From: an uncultured bacterium
GTDB taxonomy: Bacteria; Patescibacteriota; Minisyncoccia; Minisyncoccales; UBA10102
NCBI GenBank assembly: GCA_913054235.1
Contig: CAJXJI010000001.1
Span: 6,868-70,867 of the forward strand
DNA length: 64,000 bases
Direction of reading: 5' to 3'
A program made the translations under genes and the position numbers. Positions 1-9,405 of this stretch are shown here, piece after piece. The notes beneath the pieces are model-generated. The model ran no database searches and was not told the DNA's origin. It was given only the letters and a program-made list of their open reading frames with translations. Each line of letters starts with the position of its first letter. Position 1 is the stretch's first letter.

Positions 1-64
1 TCTTACTCTGAATGCCAAGAAGTTTTGTAATCATAATTTACCCTATTCTACCTTAAAAATCATG

Positions 65-86
65 AAAAAACCACCTTAAGAGGTGA
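65..86 (-). terminator. Rho-independent terminator downstream of rnpB
   Basis: Minus strand reads stem CACCU / loop / AGGUG followed by GTTTTTT (plus strand caccttaagaggtg preceded by aaaaaa). It lies immediately 3' of the RNase P RNA end. Confidence 0.5.
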
Positions 87-96
87 TCTTTTCAAT

Positions 97-462
97 GTCC
101 AAGAAGACAGTAAGCCGAATTCTGTTCCCAGTTACACTGGGCGGTAATCATCTATCTGTTCTTTTAATTACTTAAAAGAATCAAGCGAACTACCTTGCCA
201 AAAGTTCCACATGAAACGCAGATCTTCTGGTTTGCTCTTGCACTCAGGCAGGATTTAGCCGTTTCACCCCTCATGTTGCCATGAGGACTCATCCACTGTT
301 GGATGCCGGTTTTCTTTCAAATCCCGGCGTCTCTGCTCGCACCTCTCAGATTACTCTGGCAGGGCATTACCCTGACCCGCAGAACTCAATGAGTGAGTGT
401 TCGGACTTTCCTCCAGGTATTCAACATATTGAATACCCAGCGATTACCTCGTCTTCTTGGAC
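97..462 (-). ncRNA. rnpB: RNase P RNA (bacterial type, rnpB)
   Basis: Minus strand carries GGAGGAAAGUCCG (P4 5' strand) and ACAGAAUUCGGCUUAC (P4 3' strand). GGGUGAAACGG (J11/12-like) and GUGCGAGCAGAGA (GUGCAACAGAGA-like) are also present. The P3 hairpin is ggtattcaa-tatg-ttgaatacc. Terminal helix P1 is GUCCAAGAAGAC pairing with GUCUUCUUGGAC; the ends are approximate. Confidence 0.85.
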
Positions 463-474
463 CCTTATATTATG

Positions 475-1446
475 CTAGTATCCAGCACTTTTGTCAACTA
501 GGTTGGGGAGCTTCTCTCCTTTTATATACGCTTTAAGATTTTCGCAAAAAAGATCAATGGCCCGCTCCATATATCTTTCTGAAATGCCAGAATGATGAGG
601 AGTGATAATAACATTTTCCATTTCCCACAATGGGCTCTCTTTTGGTAGTGGTTCTTCTTCTGTGACATCCAACGCTGCTCCTGCAATACGCTGTTCTTTT
701 AAGGCAGAAATCAGTGCCTGCTCATCTACCACTCCCCCTCTCCCAATATTCACCAATACGCCATGAGACTGCATTGCTTCCAGACGTTCTTTATTCATAA
801 AATGATGAGTATCTTTAGTGTGGGGCAATGTAAGTACTACAAAGTCTGCTCTCCCAAGAAATTCCATTAACTGTTCTTCTGTTCCTAACTCTTTAACAAA
901 GTTTGGCTTTTCTTTCCCTTGAGTATCAAGAGCAATAACATGTGCATTAAAACAAGAAGCAAGACGCGCTGTTTCACTCCCAATCTTCCCAAGTCCAATC
1001 ACCAATACAGTCTTATCCTTAAGTTCTGTTAACTCATTGATTCTTTCCCATGTCTTTTCTTGCTGATTGCGAAAACTTTGATAAAACTGTCTGGTAAAAA
1101 TCAATAAAAACCCAATAATATGCTCTGCAATAGGAGTTGCATGAATACCAGAAGAATTACTTGCAAGGACAGGAGAAGCAACTAGCTCTGGAGTCAAGAC
1201 TCTATCCATGCCAGCAGAAAAAGAATGAACCCATCTGAGCTTTCCCACAAGAGATAAATCAGGAATTGCTCGCGGGATACCAGCTACAATCTCTGCGTCT
1301 TTAAGATGTTCTTCAATGTCCTTACTATTGGAAGCTGAAACAACTTTAAGCTCAATGTCTGAACTTAAACTTAAAATCTGCTCTTTTTGCTCCTTTGTTA
1401 TGCTTCGCAAAGGACGATCTTGTGGTTCAATGAGAAGAATTTTCAT
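475..1446 (-). CDS. D-isomer-specific 2-hydroxyacid dehydrogenase (NAD-binding; PGDH/glyoxylate reductase-like)
   Basis: Rossmann motif GLGKIGSETARLA; catalytic region like NIGRGGVVD...ITPHHSG typical of the D-2-hydroxyacid DH family. Confidence 0.8.
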   Translation of the reverse strand: MKILLIEPQDRPLRSITKEQKEQILSLSSDIELKVVSASNSKDIEEHLKDAEIVAGIPRAIPDLSLVGKLRWVHSFSAGMDRVLTPELVASPVLASNSSGIHATPIAEHIIGFLLIFTRQFYQSFRNQQEKTWERINELTELKDKTVLVIGLGKIGSETARLASCFNAHVIALDTQGKEKPNFVKELGTEEQLMEFLGRADFVVLTLPHTKDTHHFMNKERLEAMQSHGVLVNIGRGGVVDEQALISALKEQRIAGAALDVTEEEPLPKESPLWEMENVIITPHHSGISERYMERAIDLFCENLKAYIKGEKLPNLVDKSAGY

Positions 1447-1454
1447 AAATTCAT

Positions 1455-1745
1455 TTAGCTAGCAAAGGTATGAAAATATTTGGAAGGCACAATACCTTCT
1501 TGTAAGTTAATACCATCTTTTCTTAAAAGCTTTGCTTTGGTTATAAGGCCTCCAGGCGCACTATATCCTGTAAGTTTGCCATCAGACGCCACCACCTTAT
1601 AGCAGGGGTATTCTATGGGATGATCGTTTCCTCCCATAATTCTCCCTATGGCGCGAGGCGAGGTCTTACACACCCTTGCCATCTCTTTATAGGTTGCAAC
1701 CTTGCCCTTGGGTATCTTTTTTAACAAAAGAATTGCTTTGTGCAT
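1455..1745 (-). CDS. MGMT-family (O6-alkylguanine DNA alkyltransferase) DNA-binding domain protein, stand-alone 96 aa
   Basis: YPCYKVV motif matches the PCHRV active-site region with the Cys retained. Helix-turn-helix region KVATYKEMA...SPRAIGRIMGGN. It lacks an N-terminal domain. Confidence 0.65.
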   Translation of the reverse strand: MHKAILLLKKIPKGKVATYKEMARVCKTSPRAIGRIMGGNDHPIEYPCYKVVASDGKLTGYSAPGGLITKAKLLRKDGINLQEGIVPSKYFHTFAS

Positions 1746-1764
1746 TCAAATACTTTAAAAATTT

Positions 1765-2205
1765 CTATATCAATTGCTTTGTATGCCCTTTTGCGTCCAG
1801 AGCCTGATTCACCATTCTATCTGCCTCTTTATTCTTCTCTCTTGGAATTGCGCTAAAGGTTACATTCTTAAAATCAATGGTAAGATTCCAAAGTTCCAGG
1901 AAAAACTTTTGCATACTTTCATTCTCCACCTTATACTCCCTGTTAAATTGCCTTACCACGAGCTGGGAATCTGAAAAAATCTGAACCTCTGTTTTTTTTG
2001 CTTTCTCCTTTCCCCATAAGGCTTTAATTTTCTTTAAAGCAAATATTGGTGCTCGATATTCTGCCTCGTTATTAGTCTTTTCCCCTATATACTCGCCATG
2101 CTCTTTTAGAGTTTCTCCCTTCTCATTTTTAATCACATAGCCCAAAGCCGCTGGACCCGGATTCCCTCTTGCTCCTCCATCTGTAAAAACAATAAATTTA
2201 TCCAT
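1765..2205 (-). CDS. rnhA: Ribonuclease HI
   Basis: FTDGGARGNPGPAALGYV ... TNNEAEYRA ... SDSQLVV: RNase H catalytic D/E/D motifs. Confidence 0.85.
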   Translation of the reverse strand: MDKFIVFTDGGARGNPGPAALGYVIKNEKGETLKEHGEYIGEKTNNEAEYRAPIFALKKIKALWGKEKAKKTEVQIFSDSQLVVRQFNREYKVENESMQKFFLELWNLTIDFKNVTFSAIPREKNKEADRMVNQALDAKGHTKQLI

Positions 2206-3355
2206 TTTGTTCTTTAAAATATTCTATTAAGCAACTCTTAAACTTCTCAAGATTTTTATGCTCTACTCGAAATCCAGAAGCCTGAGGATGTCCTCCATAG
2301 GTTATAGTATACTCCTTGCAATGCTTCATTGCTTCAACAGTATCTTGCCCTGAAGGAGCACGCACTGACCCAATACACTCTTCTTTCATTTTTCTATACA
2401 TAAAAGTAGGTTTCTTTTCTTCCTGGGAAATAATAGACGCAAGGCCACCCAGTAAAATATAGTCAAAATCTTCTCCTCCCTCAAATACAATAGATTCATC
2501 CTTTTTTTCTAAAATATCATTTCTTACCTTTGCTAAAAGCCTATCTCTTTGTTGACGCCTTAGCTCATGCACCTCCAAAAGACGCTCTGTAATCAAAGTT
2601 ACTTCTCGCTCTGAATCAGAGCTTAAAATGCGAAACGAAGCTGGATATCCATCCTCAACATCACGAACATTCAATATGGAAATCATTTTTTGCAACTTTG
2701 ACTCAATATTAGGAAACTTCTTTAACTCTTGTATGCCAAAAAACGCACGTACACCAGGTCTCCATGAGTTTTCCAGAGTTTCCATCCCCTCCTCTATAAT
2801 CTCATTATTATCCTGCTCCCTTACCATCATATCAGCTATCGTTCCAATAGCAGCTAACTCCACTAAGCTCTTTCTCATGGCAGATGACATTTTATTCCCC
2901 AATATTTCCTCAGCTAAGCGAAATGTCAGCCCACAAGCAGCTAATTCTTTAAATGGGTACGTATCTCCGTCTTGCTTTGGATCAACAATAATATCGGCAT
3001 CGGGAAGTTTACCAAGTACCACATGATGATCAACTAATATAACATCAAACCCTAGTTTTTTTGCTTCTTTAATTTCCTTGAAGTTTGAAATACCCAAATC
3101 CATTGCACACAAAAGAGCCGGTGAAAATGTTTTCAATTCCTCTAAGGCTTTTTGCGTAATGCCATAGCCATCATTTTCGCGATCAGGAAAATATACACGA
3201 ACTATATTCCCTCCAAGACTTTTTAGCGTCTCTTGCATGATAATGGCAGAACAAACTCCATCTAAATCAGCATCCCCATAAAGAATAATACGCTCTCCTT
3301 TTTTAACTGCTTCTTTAAGGCGCGCCGCAGCCTTATCTAGGTTCTTAAGTGCCAT
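2198..3355 (-). CDS. DHH/DHHA1 phosphoesterase (NrnA-like nanoRNase / pAp phosphatase)
   Basis: DHH motifs DADLDGVCS and ILVDHH; C-terminal DHHA1 GGHPQASG. Confidence 0.8.
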   Translation of the reverse strand: MALKNLDKAAARLKEAVKKGERIILYGDADLDGVCSAIIMQETLKSLGGNIVRVYFPDRENDGYGITQKALEELKTFSPALLCAMDLGISNFKEIKEAKKLGFDVILVDHHVVLGKLPDADIIVDPKQDGDTYPFKELAACGLTFRLAEEILGNKMSSAMRKSLVELAAIGTIADMMVREQDNNEIIEEGMETLENSWRPGVRAFFGIQELKKFPNIESKLQKMISILNVRDVEDGYPASFRILSSDSEREVTLITERLLEVHELRRQQRDRLLAKVRNDILEKKDESIVFEGGEDFDYILLGGLASIISQEEKKPTFMYRKMKEECIGSVRAPSGQDTVEAMKHCKEYTITYGGHPQASGFRVEHKNLEKFKSCLIEYFKEQNG

Positions 3356-4406
3356 AATAGTTGAGTGCTTCTAATCCAGGAAGTTTTTCTCCTGCCAAAA
3401 AGATAAGCATGGAGCTTCCTCCAGTAGAAACATGATCAAATTTATCTCGTAAATTATATCTCCCCAAAAAATCCAGTAAATTCCCTCCACCAGCTACCGC
3501 GTAGCTCATGTCCTCTACAATGGCTTCTGCTATAATCTTTGAACCCTCAACATATTCTTCTTCCTCATATTTTCCCAAAGGACCTGACCAAAACACGGTT
3601 TTAGCATTTCTTACTTTCTCTTGGTACAACTTCCTTGTCTCAGGCCCTATATCATACTCTTTTCCATTTCCTGGTATTCCATCAAGAGGAAATACTATCT
3701 TTTCTTTTTGCGCAAGAGAAATGTTTTTTTGTGTAATTTCATTTGCCAAAAGATTTCCTAAAAGTACTTCATCGGCAAATTCCGCTATACTGTCAATCAC
3801 AGGAAGCTTGCTCTCAATCTTTCTTCCTCCAATGATAGCTACCATTGGATGCTCTGGATTTTTTTGAAGTTGTTTTAATCCTTCAATCTCTTTTGCAAGT
3901 AAAAATCCACCGGCTGAAGGCAGGAGCTTAGGGACTAAAGCCACAGAAGCATGCTTACGATGCACCACTCCAAATGCATCGCAAACATATATATCTGCAA
4001 GTTTTGCTAATCCTTTTGCAAAATCCTTATCATTCTCCTCTTCCTCTTTGTGGAAACGAAGGTTTTCTAAAAGCAAAATCTCGCCTTCCTTCATATTTTT
4101 TGTTCTCTCCTCAATCTCTTTTCCAATACAGTCTTGCATAACCTCAACAGGAACCAAAAGCAGCTCTGTAAGTCTTTTTGCAACATTCTGCATGCTCAAT
4201 CGCTCATCATACACACCCTCAGGGTCTCCTAAATGACTTGCCACCACAAGCTTTCCTCCTTGCGCAAGAATATGCTGCATGGTAGGCAGAGTTGCTCTGA
4301 TACGAAAATCATCTGCAATATCTCCATTTTCCTTTAAGGGAACATTAAAATCAGCACGCAGAAACACACGCTTTCCTTTAAGAGAAAAATCAGAGAGCCA
4401 TTTCAT
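3345..4406 (-). CDS. pgk: Phosphoglycerate kinase
   Basis: N-terminal VFLRADFNVPL; AHLGDPEG; C-terminal STGGGSMLIFLAGEKLPGLEAL. Confidence 0.93.
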   Translation of the reverse strand: MKWLSDFSLKGKRVFLRADFNVPLKENGDIADDFRIRATLPTMQHILAQGGKLVVASHLGDPEGVYDERLSMQNVAKRLTELLLVPVEVMQDCIGKEIEERTKNMKEGEILLLENLRFHKEEEENDKDFAKGLAKLADIYVCDAFGVVHRKHASVALVPKLLPSAGGFLLAKEIEGLKQLQKNPEHPMVAIIGGRKIESKLPVIDSIAEFADEVLLGNLLANEITQKNISLAQKEKIVFPLDGIPGNGKEYDIGPETRKLYQEKVRNAKTVFWSGPLGKYEEEEYVEGSKIIAEAIVEDMSYAVAGGGNLLDFLGRYNLRDKFDHVSTGGSSMLIFLAGEKLPGLEALNYYGT

Positions 4407-4409
4407 ACA

Positions 4410-6149
4410 TTATGAGAAACGCAGAGTTTCTCCAGGTTTAAGTTCACCTTTTTGGATATTTTTTTCAGATTGCCTCTCTTGCAGGGCCGCTCCCAAAACT
4501 TCTTTTAATCCTTGCTTGTCTACCTCTTTTTTCTTTTGATTTTGTCCTTCTTGCTTCTTTTTTGAAGGATGAAACATTACAGGTTCCTTATCCATTGCTT
4601 CCTTTAAGGAGGATTGCTGTTGTTTCTGCGCTTGAGGTTCTTCTTTTACCTGAGGTTGTTCTTTTTTTGAACCTTGCTCTGCCTGTTCCTTTTGCTGCTG
4701 AAGCTTTTTTCTACATGCCTTACAGTAGACTTTACGCTTTCCGTCTGGGAGAAATACCACTTTAGTGTCCTTACCACAATTATCACACCTGGCGTCATAC
4801 AGTTCTTGCTGAGGAGCTTGCGGCTTTGATTCTGGTACTTTTTTTTGTGGTGCCCCACTATCAGCCTGTGTCCATGTTGTAATCTCCTCTTCCACCTCTC
4901 CACGCGCCGTTGCGTACCGCTCTCTACTCATACGGATAATCTCTGCTTCATTGGATTCTTCAGGAGAAGCAAAAGGCAACACCAAGGGAGGCAGGGTTTG
5001 AGCAGAAAAAGGACGTCCTGCAATACCATCAATCATAAGTTTTGCATAAATACTATACTTCCCTAAATTCACAAAGTCTAAAGCCAAAAACTCTGGGGTA
5101 AATTCCTTTTCTAAAAATTCTGCATCCTCGGCTCCTACACGAAAAGATATAATTGTGCCAACATTTCCAAATACAGCCCCACGAACCCTAGATTCATTCT
5201 CATCTAACTGTGATATGTATTGGTGGCTTAAAATCAAGCAAAGACGATACTTTCTTGCCTCAGATAAAATATTTACAAAAGAATCTGATGCAAAGTTTTG
5301 AAACTCATCAATATACAAAAAGAAATCCTGCCGTTCATTTTCCGGAATATCCACACGTGACATGGCAGCTAACTGAATTTTGGTTATAAGCATTGCACCT
5401 AAAAGACGGGAGTTGTCTTCACCAATACGCCCTTTTGAAAGATTGAGAATCAAGATTTTCTTTTGATCCATAAGCTCTCGCATATTAAAAGAGGATCTCG
5501 TCTGCCCCACAATGTTTCGAATCAAAGGATTGGAAACAAATTGACCCACCTTGTTTTGGATAGCAGCAGTCGCCTCAATCTCGTATCGCTGGGTGTATCT
5601 GGCATATTCTTGCACCCAAAATGCCTTTACCACTGGATCTGAAACCTTATCAATAACTTTTGCCCTGTAATCTGCGTCTACGAGCATTCGGTTAATTCCC
5701 AAAAGCGTAGCTCCCGGATACTCAAGTAGAGCAAGCACTGTATTGTTTAAAATATACTCCATTCTTGCTGACCATACATCGGGCCAAACTTTTTTAAACA
5801 CGGACATTAAACCAGAAGCCATTAAATGACGATGCTCTGGTTCCACATTCTCCATAACATTAAATGCAATGGGATAATCCATATCAGCAGGGTTAAAATA
5901 TACAACATCTTTAATCCGTTCAGTAGGAATATATTGCAATAATTCTTCTGCTGCCTCTCCGTGCGGGTCCACAAACCCTACGCCATTCCCTCCTTGAATA
6001 TCCTGCACCGCCATATTCTTTAACATCTCGGTCTTTCCCATACCAGTCTTTCCCACAACATAAAAATGACGTCTCCGGTCATCTTCTTTTATACCAAAGC
6101 GCCTTTGTGAATCTCGAAAATTAGTAATTCCAAAAAAATTAATATCCAT
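4410..6149 (-). CDS. TraG/VirD4/TraD-like P-loop ATPase (DUF87 / type IV coupling-protein-like) with C-terminal zinc ribbon and K/Q/E-rich tail
   Basis: Walker A VVGKTGMGKTEML; Walker B FLYIDEFQNF; Cys4 ribbon CDNCGK...CKACRKK; low-complexity QQKEQAEQGSKKEQPQVKEE tail. Confidence 0.6.
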   Translation of the reverse strand: MDINFFGITNFRDSQRRFGIKEDDRRRHFYVVGKTGMGKTEMLKNMAVQDIQGGNGVGFVDPHGEAAEELLQYIPTERIKDVVYFNPADMDYPIAFNVMENVEPEHRHLMASGLMSVFKKVWPDVWSARMEYILNNTVLALLEYPGATLLGINRMLVDADYRAKVIDKVSDPVVKAFWVQEYARYTQRYEIEATAAIQNKVGQFVSNPLIRNIVGQTRSSFNMRELMDQKKILILNLSKGRIGEDNSRLLGAMLITKIQLAAMSRVDIPENERQDFFLYIDEFQNFASDSFVNILSEARKYRLCLILSHQYISQLDENESRVRGAVFGNVGTIISFRVGAEDAEFLEKEFTPEFLALDFVNLGKYSIYAKLMIDGIAGRPFSAQTLPPLVLPFASPEESNEAEIIRMSRERYATARGEVEEEITTWTQADSGAPQKKVPESKPQAPQQELYDARCDNCGKDTKVVFLPDGKRKVYCKACRKKLQQQKEQAEQGSKKEQPQVKEEPQAQKQQQSSLKEAMDKEPVMFHPSKKKQEGQNQKKKEVDKQGLKEVLGAALQERQSEKNIQKGELKPGETLRFS

Positions 6150-6152
6150 GTG

Positions 6153-7454
6153 TTACTCCGTGGGAAGCTCAGGGGGAGCTTCTCCTTTCTTTGGACCAAC
6201 TCTCAGAACTGCAGCAGAAGGAGTAGAAATTCTGCCGGGAAAGTGAAAAATAGTAGCCAATTCCTCAACATTCAATACAAATGTGCCTCCTGGGCGCGGG
6301 AAATAAGGAGGGAGACGCAGAATATAGTTTCGAAACAAGCGTCTTTTTTTTACAAACGCTCTTCTCTTGTCCGTAAACCAGGTAAAAATAGTGTACATCT
6401 TAGTTAAGGTTGGTTTCAAAGGACGAAAGTTATTATAGGTTGCAGTTCCAAATTGAGTGAACCAAGTCATGGCAAGAGCCTTTGCTGGGCTAAAATAATT
6501 TTCTCTCTTTGCAATATACATAAATCTACAATGAGCTCCAAAGGAATACTTACTGATTTTCTCTTCAATCGCAGAAACAATATCTCGCTCTCCGGGAGTT
6601 AATCTCATTTCAGGAGGAATAATCTCTTGTGGAGCTTGTTCTTTGTTGCCATTTTGTTTAACTCCCATGGCAACATGTGTCCCCACAGCTTTTATATCCC
6701 CAAGTAATCCTGGATTTTTAAGAGGAGGAGGACGTTTTACAATCTCAGCTACAATCTCTCTTCCCTCTTGGACCATTGTACTCTCATTTGGACTGGTATG
6801 TAAAATTGGAGTTAAAACAAATTGAATCCAAAGGTTTTCCCCTTTTCCAATTCGAGACAAGCCCTCAATCAAAAGAGCCATGGGATTAATTCTCATTTCT
6901 TCTTTATCAGTAACGTTTGGCTCAAAAAACTTGCTATACGTCTTTATGGGATACGGGCTGGGACGTTCTAAAATATAGTTCGTACCCCATAAATCCCACT
7001 CTTTATTAGGAATGTCTTGTGGGATAAGTTTCGTGTAATCCTCCACCACCACAAATTCTGCTGTAGGATAATGAGAATAAACGGCAGATTCCACCAGTTT
7101 TTGCGCTCCTTCTGGAATACGAAAATAGAAATGGATATTTCCTTCTGTAGAAACTATTTCCAAGGAAAAGGAAAGTTGGAATTTTCCATCAAGCCATGCT
7201 TCTCTTTGGTTTGGAGGATCATGCATTTGCCATAGACCAATAAACACGTCCTCCATTGCCTTAAACGGCCGAGGAGCATCCTCTGGCATTTTAATCTCCA
7301 GGAGAATATAACGTTGCTGTGCAGAAAAAATTTCCTTGCGCCACCAAACCCACAAAAACACCACTGGTTTCCATAAAAGAAATGGGAGAAACAGCCACCA
7401 CCATGTAATAGCTACTTGCCAGATGAATCCCAAAAAGAGGAGAAGTTCTTGCAT
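6153..7454 (-). CDS. Hypothetical membrane protein, N-terminal Trp-rich TM segments
   Basis: 433-aa ORF, N-terminus WQVAITWWWLFLPFLLWKPVVFLWVWW; no recognisable catalytic motif; packed with neighbours. Confidence 0.5.
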   Translation of the reverse strand: MQELLLFLGFIWQVAITWWWLFLPFLLWKPVVFLWVWWRKEIFSAQQRYILLEIKMPEDAPRPFKAMEDVFIGLWQMHDPPNQREAWLDGKFQLSFSLEIVSTEGNIHFYFRIPEGAQKLVESAVYSHYPTAEFVVVEDYTKLIPQDIPNKEWDLWGTNYILERPSPYPIKTYSKFFEPNVTDKEEMRINPMALLIEGLSRIGKGENLWIQFVLTPILHTSPNESTMVQEGREIVAEIVKRPPPLKNPGLLGDIKAVGTHVAMGVKQNGNKEQAPQEIIPPEMRLTPGERDIVSAIEEKISKYSFGAHCRFMYIAKRENYFSPAKALAMTWFTQFGTATYNNFRPLKPTLTKMYTIFTWFTDKRRAFVKKRRLFRNYILRLPPYFPRPGGTFVLNVEELATIFHFPGRISTPSAAVLRVGPKKGEAPPELPTE

Positions 7455-7461
7455 GAAAAAA

Positions 7462-8481
7462 CTATAGTTTTAAGGTATAACTGCCGTCTTGGTTTTTCAA
7501 AAAGTATCTTTGGTCTTGAAGATTTAAAACAATGGTACTCTCTTTTACCTGGCGCTTCTCTAAAGTTTGGGCAATAAGTTTTGCTTTATTCATGGTTTTT
7601 CCATTGCTCTTTAAAATTGAGCGCATAACATCTTTTACAGTACCAGGAGCCAGTCCCCAATCAGATAATCCATAGGTCCCTCTTCCAATCAACACGAATC
7701 GTGAGTCTTTAATTAATTCATTATGTACGGTTTGAGGAAGTACAACTTTCTTTTTTTGCAAGGTAAGATTTTCTTGCAGCTTCCCAATCAATTTTGCAAC
7801 ATCCTTAAAATGCAAAGGATTCCCTTGCTGCCTTAAAACAAGGTATGCCTTATCTCTCATGCCTCTTGGATTTACTTCAGGCCATGTTCTTAGTCCCCAT
7901 TTTCCTTCAGGACTTTTCTCAATAATTTTTGAAACTTCAAGGTAGGGCAGCACTTCCTTGCCATACGCTTTTGTGAGCTCCTGCTGTGCTACAGGACTCT
8001 TTTTCTTTTGAAAAAATGTAAGAAGGCGCTGATGTAAAGGCTGAGCTTCTTTGACCATATCTTTTTTTATGGTCCAGAAAGAATAAAAGTCCTGGGTTTC
8101 TCTTTGGTTATAGAACTGATCTCCCAAGGTCAAAAGAAATAGAGCATGGTTTATTGCGCCTTGCGCTTCCAATAGCTTCATTAATAGATCCTCTCGCGCC
8201 AAAGACCCTGCCCTTTTTAATATGGTAGCTGCCTCTGTAAAAGCGGCTGTATACCGTTCTTTACGCTTCTGATGCCCTATATCCTCTTGAAGCTGAGCTA
8301 ATCCTTCTTTTACAATCTGTCTTACTCTTTCCCTGGTTATTTGATGCTGTTTCCCAACAGCTTCTAGGGTTTTGGGAGGCTCCATGCTCAAACCAAAACG
8401 CCCCACAACCACATCTTTTACTCGTGGTTGGAGCTCTTCTATAAGCTCTAGACTTAGTTTTTCAAAAGATATCTTTGCCAT
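7462..8481 (-). CDS. Sigma-70 region-4-like HTH plus HARE-HTH-like domain DNA-binding protein
   Basis: N-terminus VVVGRFGL...TLEAVGKQHQITRERVRQIVKEGLAQL resembles sigma70 r4. C-terminal region DKAYLVLRQQGNPLHFKDVAKLI resembles the HARE-HTH of RpoE-delta. Confidence 0.5.
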   Translation of the reverse strand: MAKISFEKLSLELIEELQPRVKDVVVGRFGLSMEPPKTLEAVGKQHQITRERVRQIVKEGLAQLQEDIGHQKRKERYTAAFTEAATILKRAGSLAREDLLMKLLEAQGAINHALFLLTLGDQFYNQRETQDFYSFWTIKKDMVKEAQPLHQRLLTFFQKKKSPVAQQELTKAYGKEVLPYLEVSKIIEKSPEGKWGLRTWPEVNPRGMRDKAYLVLRQQGNPLHFKDVAKLIGKLQENLTLQKKKVVLPQTVHNELIKDSRFVLIGRGTYGLSDWGLAPGTVKDVMRSILKSNGKTMNKAKLIAQTLEKRQVKESTIVLNLQDQRYFLKNQDGSYTLKL

Positions 8482-8522
8482 ATATTTTAATTAGTCTATC
8501 AAACCATCTATTAATGAATTTG

Positions 8523-9404
8523 TCAAGCTCTTAACATTTCTTTTCTCCACATCAGCAAAAGAGTGGGTGCTAAGAACAAAGAAGAGAACGTTCCAACAAC
8601 AATTCCTATCATCAGCATAAAGGAAAACTCCTTTAAAGTATCCCCACCAAAAAGATAAATAGACAAAAGTACCACCAATGTAGTTAAGGAAGTGCTCAAA
8701 GAACGAAACCAGGTCTGACGCAATGCCTGCTTTATTGTATCCTGAAAATCAAATCCAACACGCTTAAAAATGTTTTCTCTGATACGATCAAACACCACCA
8801 CCGTATCATTAATGGAATACCCCACAACTGTAAGAAGTGCAACCACAACAGGAATAGTTATCTCAACCCCAGCATATTCTCCCAATAGTGCAAACACTCC
8901 AATGGACAGGAGAATATCATGCGCGGAAGCTACCAGAGCCGCTCCTGACCAGTGCCAGGGACGAACACGCTCTGCGGTTCTCCTAAAAGAAAAAGCAATG
9001 TATAAAATTACTACAAGCATGGCCAAACCTGCCAAGAGCAAGGTTTTTTCACGAAGCTCTTTTCCAATAACAGGACCGATAGATTCAAATCTCAATTCCA
9101 AAGCTTCGCTTCCCAGCGAAGAGAGAACCTGTTGATGCGTTACTTCTTTAATATCTTTCATGCGAATCAACGCTCCTTGTTCTCCTGTATGCTGCACAGA
9201 AAAAGAACCCAAATCAATATCCCCTAAAGCTTTTTGAATGTCCTGCACGCTAGGACGCGCCTGTATATATTCTACTTCCAGCAAACTTCCTCCAGTAAAA
9301 TCGATCCCCAAATTCAAGCCAAAAAACGAAAGTGCAAAAGCACTCGCCCCCATAGCTACAAAGGAAAGAATAAATAATATACGTTGTATTTTTTGAAACG
9401 TCAT
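8523..9404 (-). CDS. secF: Protein translocase subunit SecF
   Basis: 293-aa multi-TM protein directly downstream of secD; LGIDFTGGSLLEV motif typical of SecF. Confidence 0.85.
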   Translation of the reverse strand: MTFQKIQRILFILSFVAMGASAFALSFFGLNLGIDFTGGSLLEVEYIQARPSVQDIQKALGDIDLGSFSVQHTGEQGALIRMKDIKEVTHQQVLSSLGSEALELRFESIGPVIGKELREKTLLLAGLAMLVVILYIAFSFRRTAERVRPWHWSGAALVASAHDILLSIGVFALLGEYAGVEITIPVVVALLTVVGYSINDTVVVFDRIRENIFKRVGFDFQDTIKQALRQTWFRSLSTSLTTLVVLLSIYLFGGDTLKEFSFMLMIGIVVGTFSSLFLAPTLLLMWRKEMLRA

Positions 9405-9405
9405 A

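Noticed and set aside
281-478. Predicted plus-strand 65-aa ORF
   Set aside because: It is entirely antisense to the RNase P RNA, whose conserved P4 motifs are unmistakable on the minus strand. Its GC richness comes from the RNA gene.
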